The notes under the pieces were generated by a model. That model was not told where the DNA came from and made no database searches. It worked only from the letters and a program-made list of their open reading frames with translations. A program made the position numbers and the translations under genes. Of a DNA stretch of 64,000 nt, positions 63,680-64,000 are shown piece after piece (position 1 is the stretch's first letter; every line of letters begins with the position of its first letter). Source of the stretch: Felis catus (lineage: Eukaryota); contig NC_058368.1 of the NCBI RefSeq assembly GCF_018350175.1, positions 200,200,001 through 200,264,000 of the forward strand, in the 5' to 3' direction.

Positions 63680-63868
63680 TTTTAAAACATTCTTTTTTAA
63701 TGTTTTATCTGGTGTTATTTAATTTATTTTTAAAAATTTAATTCTAGTGTAATTAATACAGTGTTATATTAGTGTCAGGTGTACGATATATTGATTAAGC
63801 AATTCTGTACATCACTCAGTGCTCATTGTGATAAGTATACTCTTAATCCCCTTCACCTATTTCACCTA
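63680..63868 (-). mobile_element. Carnivore L1 3' terminal fragment
   Basis: AGTGTTATATTAGTGTCAGGTGTAC...TCAGTGCTCAT...CTTAATCCCCTTCACCTATTTCACC. Confidence 0.8.
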
Positions 63869-63871
63869 AAA

Positions 63872-64000
63872 CATTTTTTAAAAGTTTTTAAAAATATCTA
63901 TTTATTTTGAGAAAGAGAGAGAGGGCATGAGTGCATGAGCAGGGGAGGAGCAGAGAGAGAGAGTGAGAGAGAAATCCCAAGCAGGCTCCCTGCTGTCAGC
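63872..64000 (-). mobile_element. Can-SINE (cut by window end)
   Basis: TTTATTTTGAGA...GAGCAGGGGAGGAGCAGAGAG...ATCCCAAGCAGGCTCC. Confidence 0.92.

Noticed and set aside
1..64000. CRISPR arrays, tRNA/rRNA/snRNA genes, numts, FA-SAT satellite
   Set aside because: No regularly spaced repeat-spacer array or recognisable structural RNA, mitochondrial or satellite sequence. The tRNA-like A/B boxes all belong to SINE heads.

Overview
AT-rich, repeat-dense mammalian genomic DNA. It is almost certainly from a felid, because it carries many feline-type tRNA-derived Can-SINEs (SINEC_Fc-like) and carnivore L1s. I found no convincing protein-coding exon, tRNA, rRNA or snRNA gene; every supplied ORF I could interpret is derived from a transposable element (TE) or looks spurious. 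Contents: 17 Can-SINEs (most with visible target-site duplications, TSDs), a decayed ~6 kb carnivore L1 carrying five SINE insertions, older L1/L2/MIR/MaLR/hAT/Tigger fragments, and microsatellites. The most unusual segment is a CpG-rich class I endogenous retrovirus (ERV1) relic at ~2380-4740 (minus strand). Its modules read gag/pro remnant -> leader copy -> single 379-bp LTR -> primer-binding site (PBS) and leader, so internal sequence lies on both sides of one LTR. The LTR keeps promoter motifs and has splice donors pointing out in both directions. All TE family names were recognised by eye and need RepeatMasker/Dfam confirmation; boundaries of old elements are approximate.
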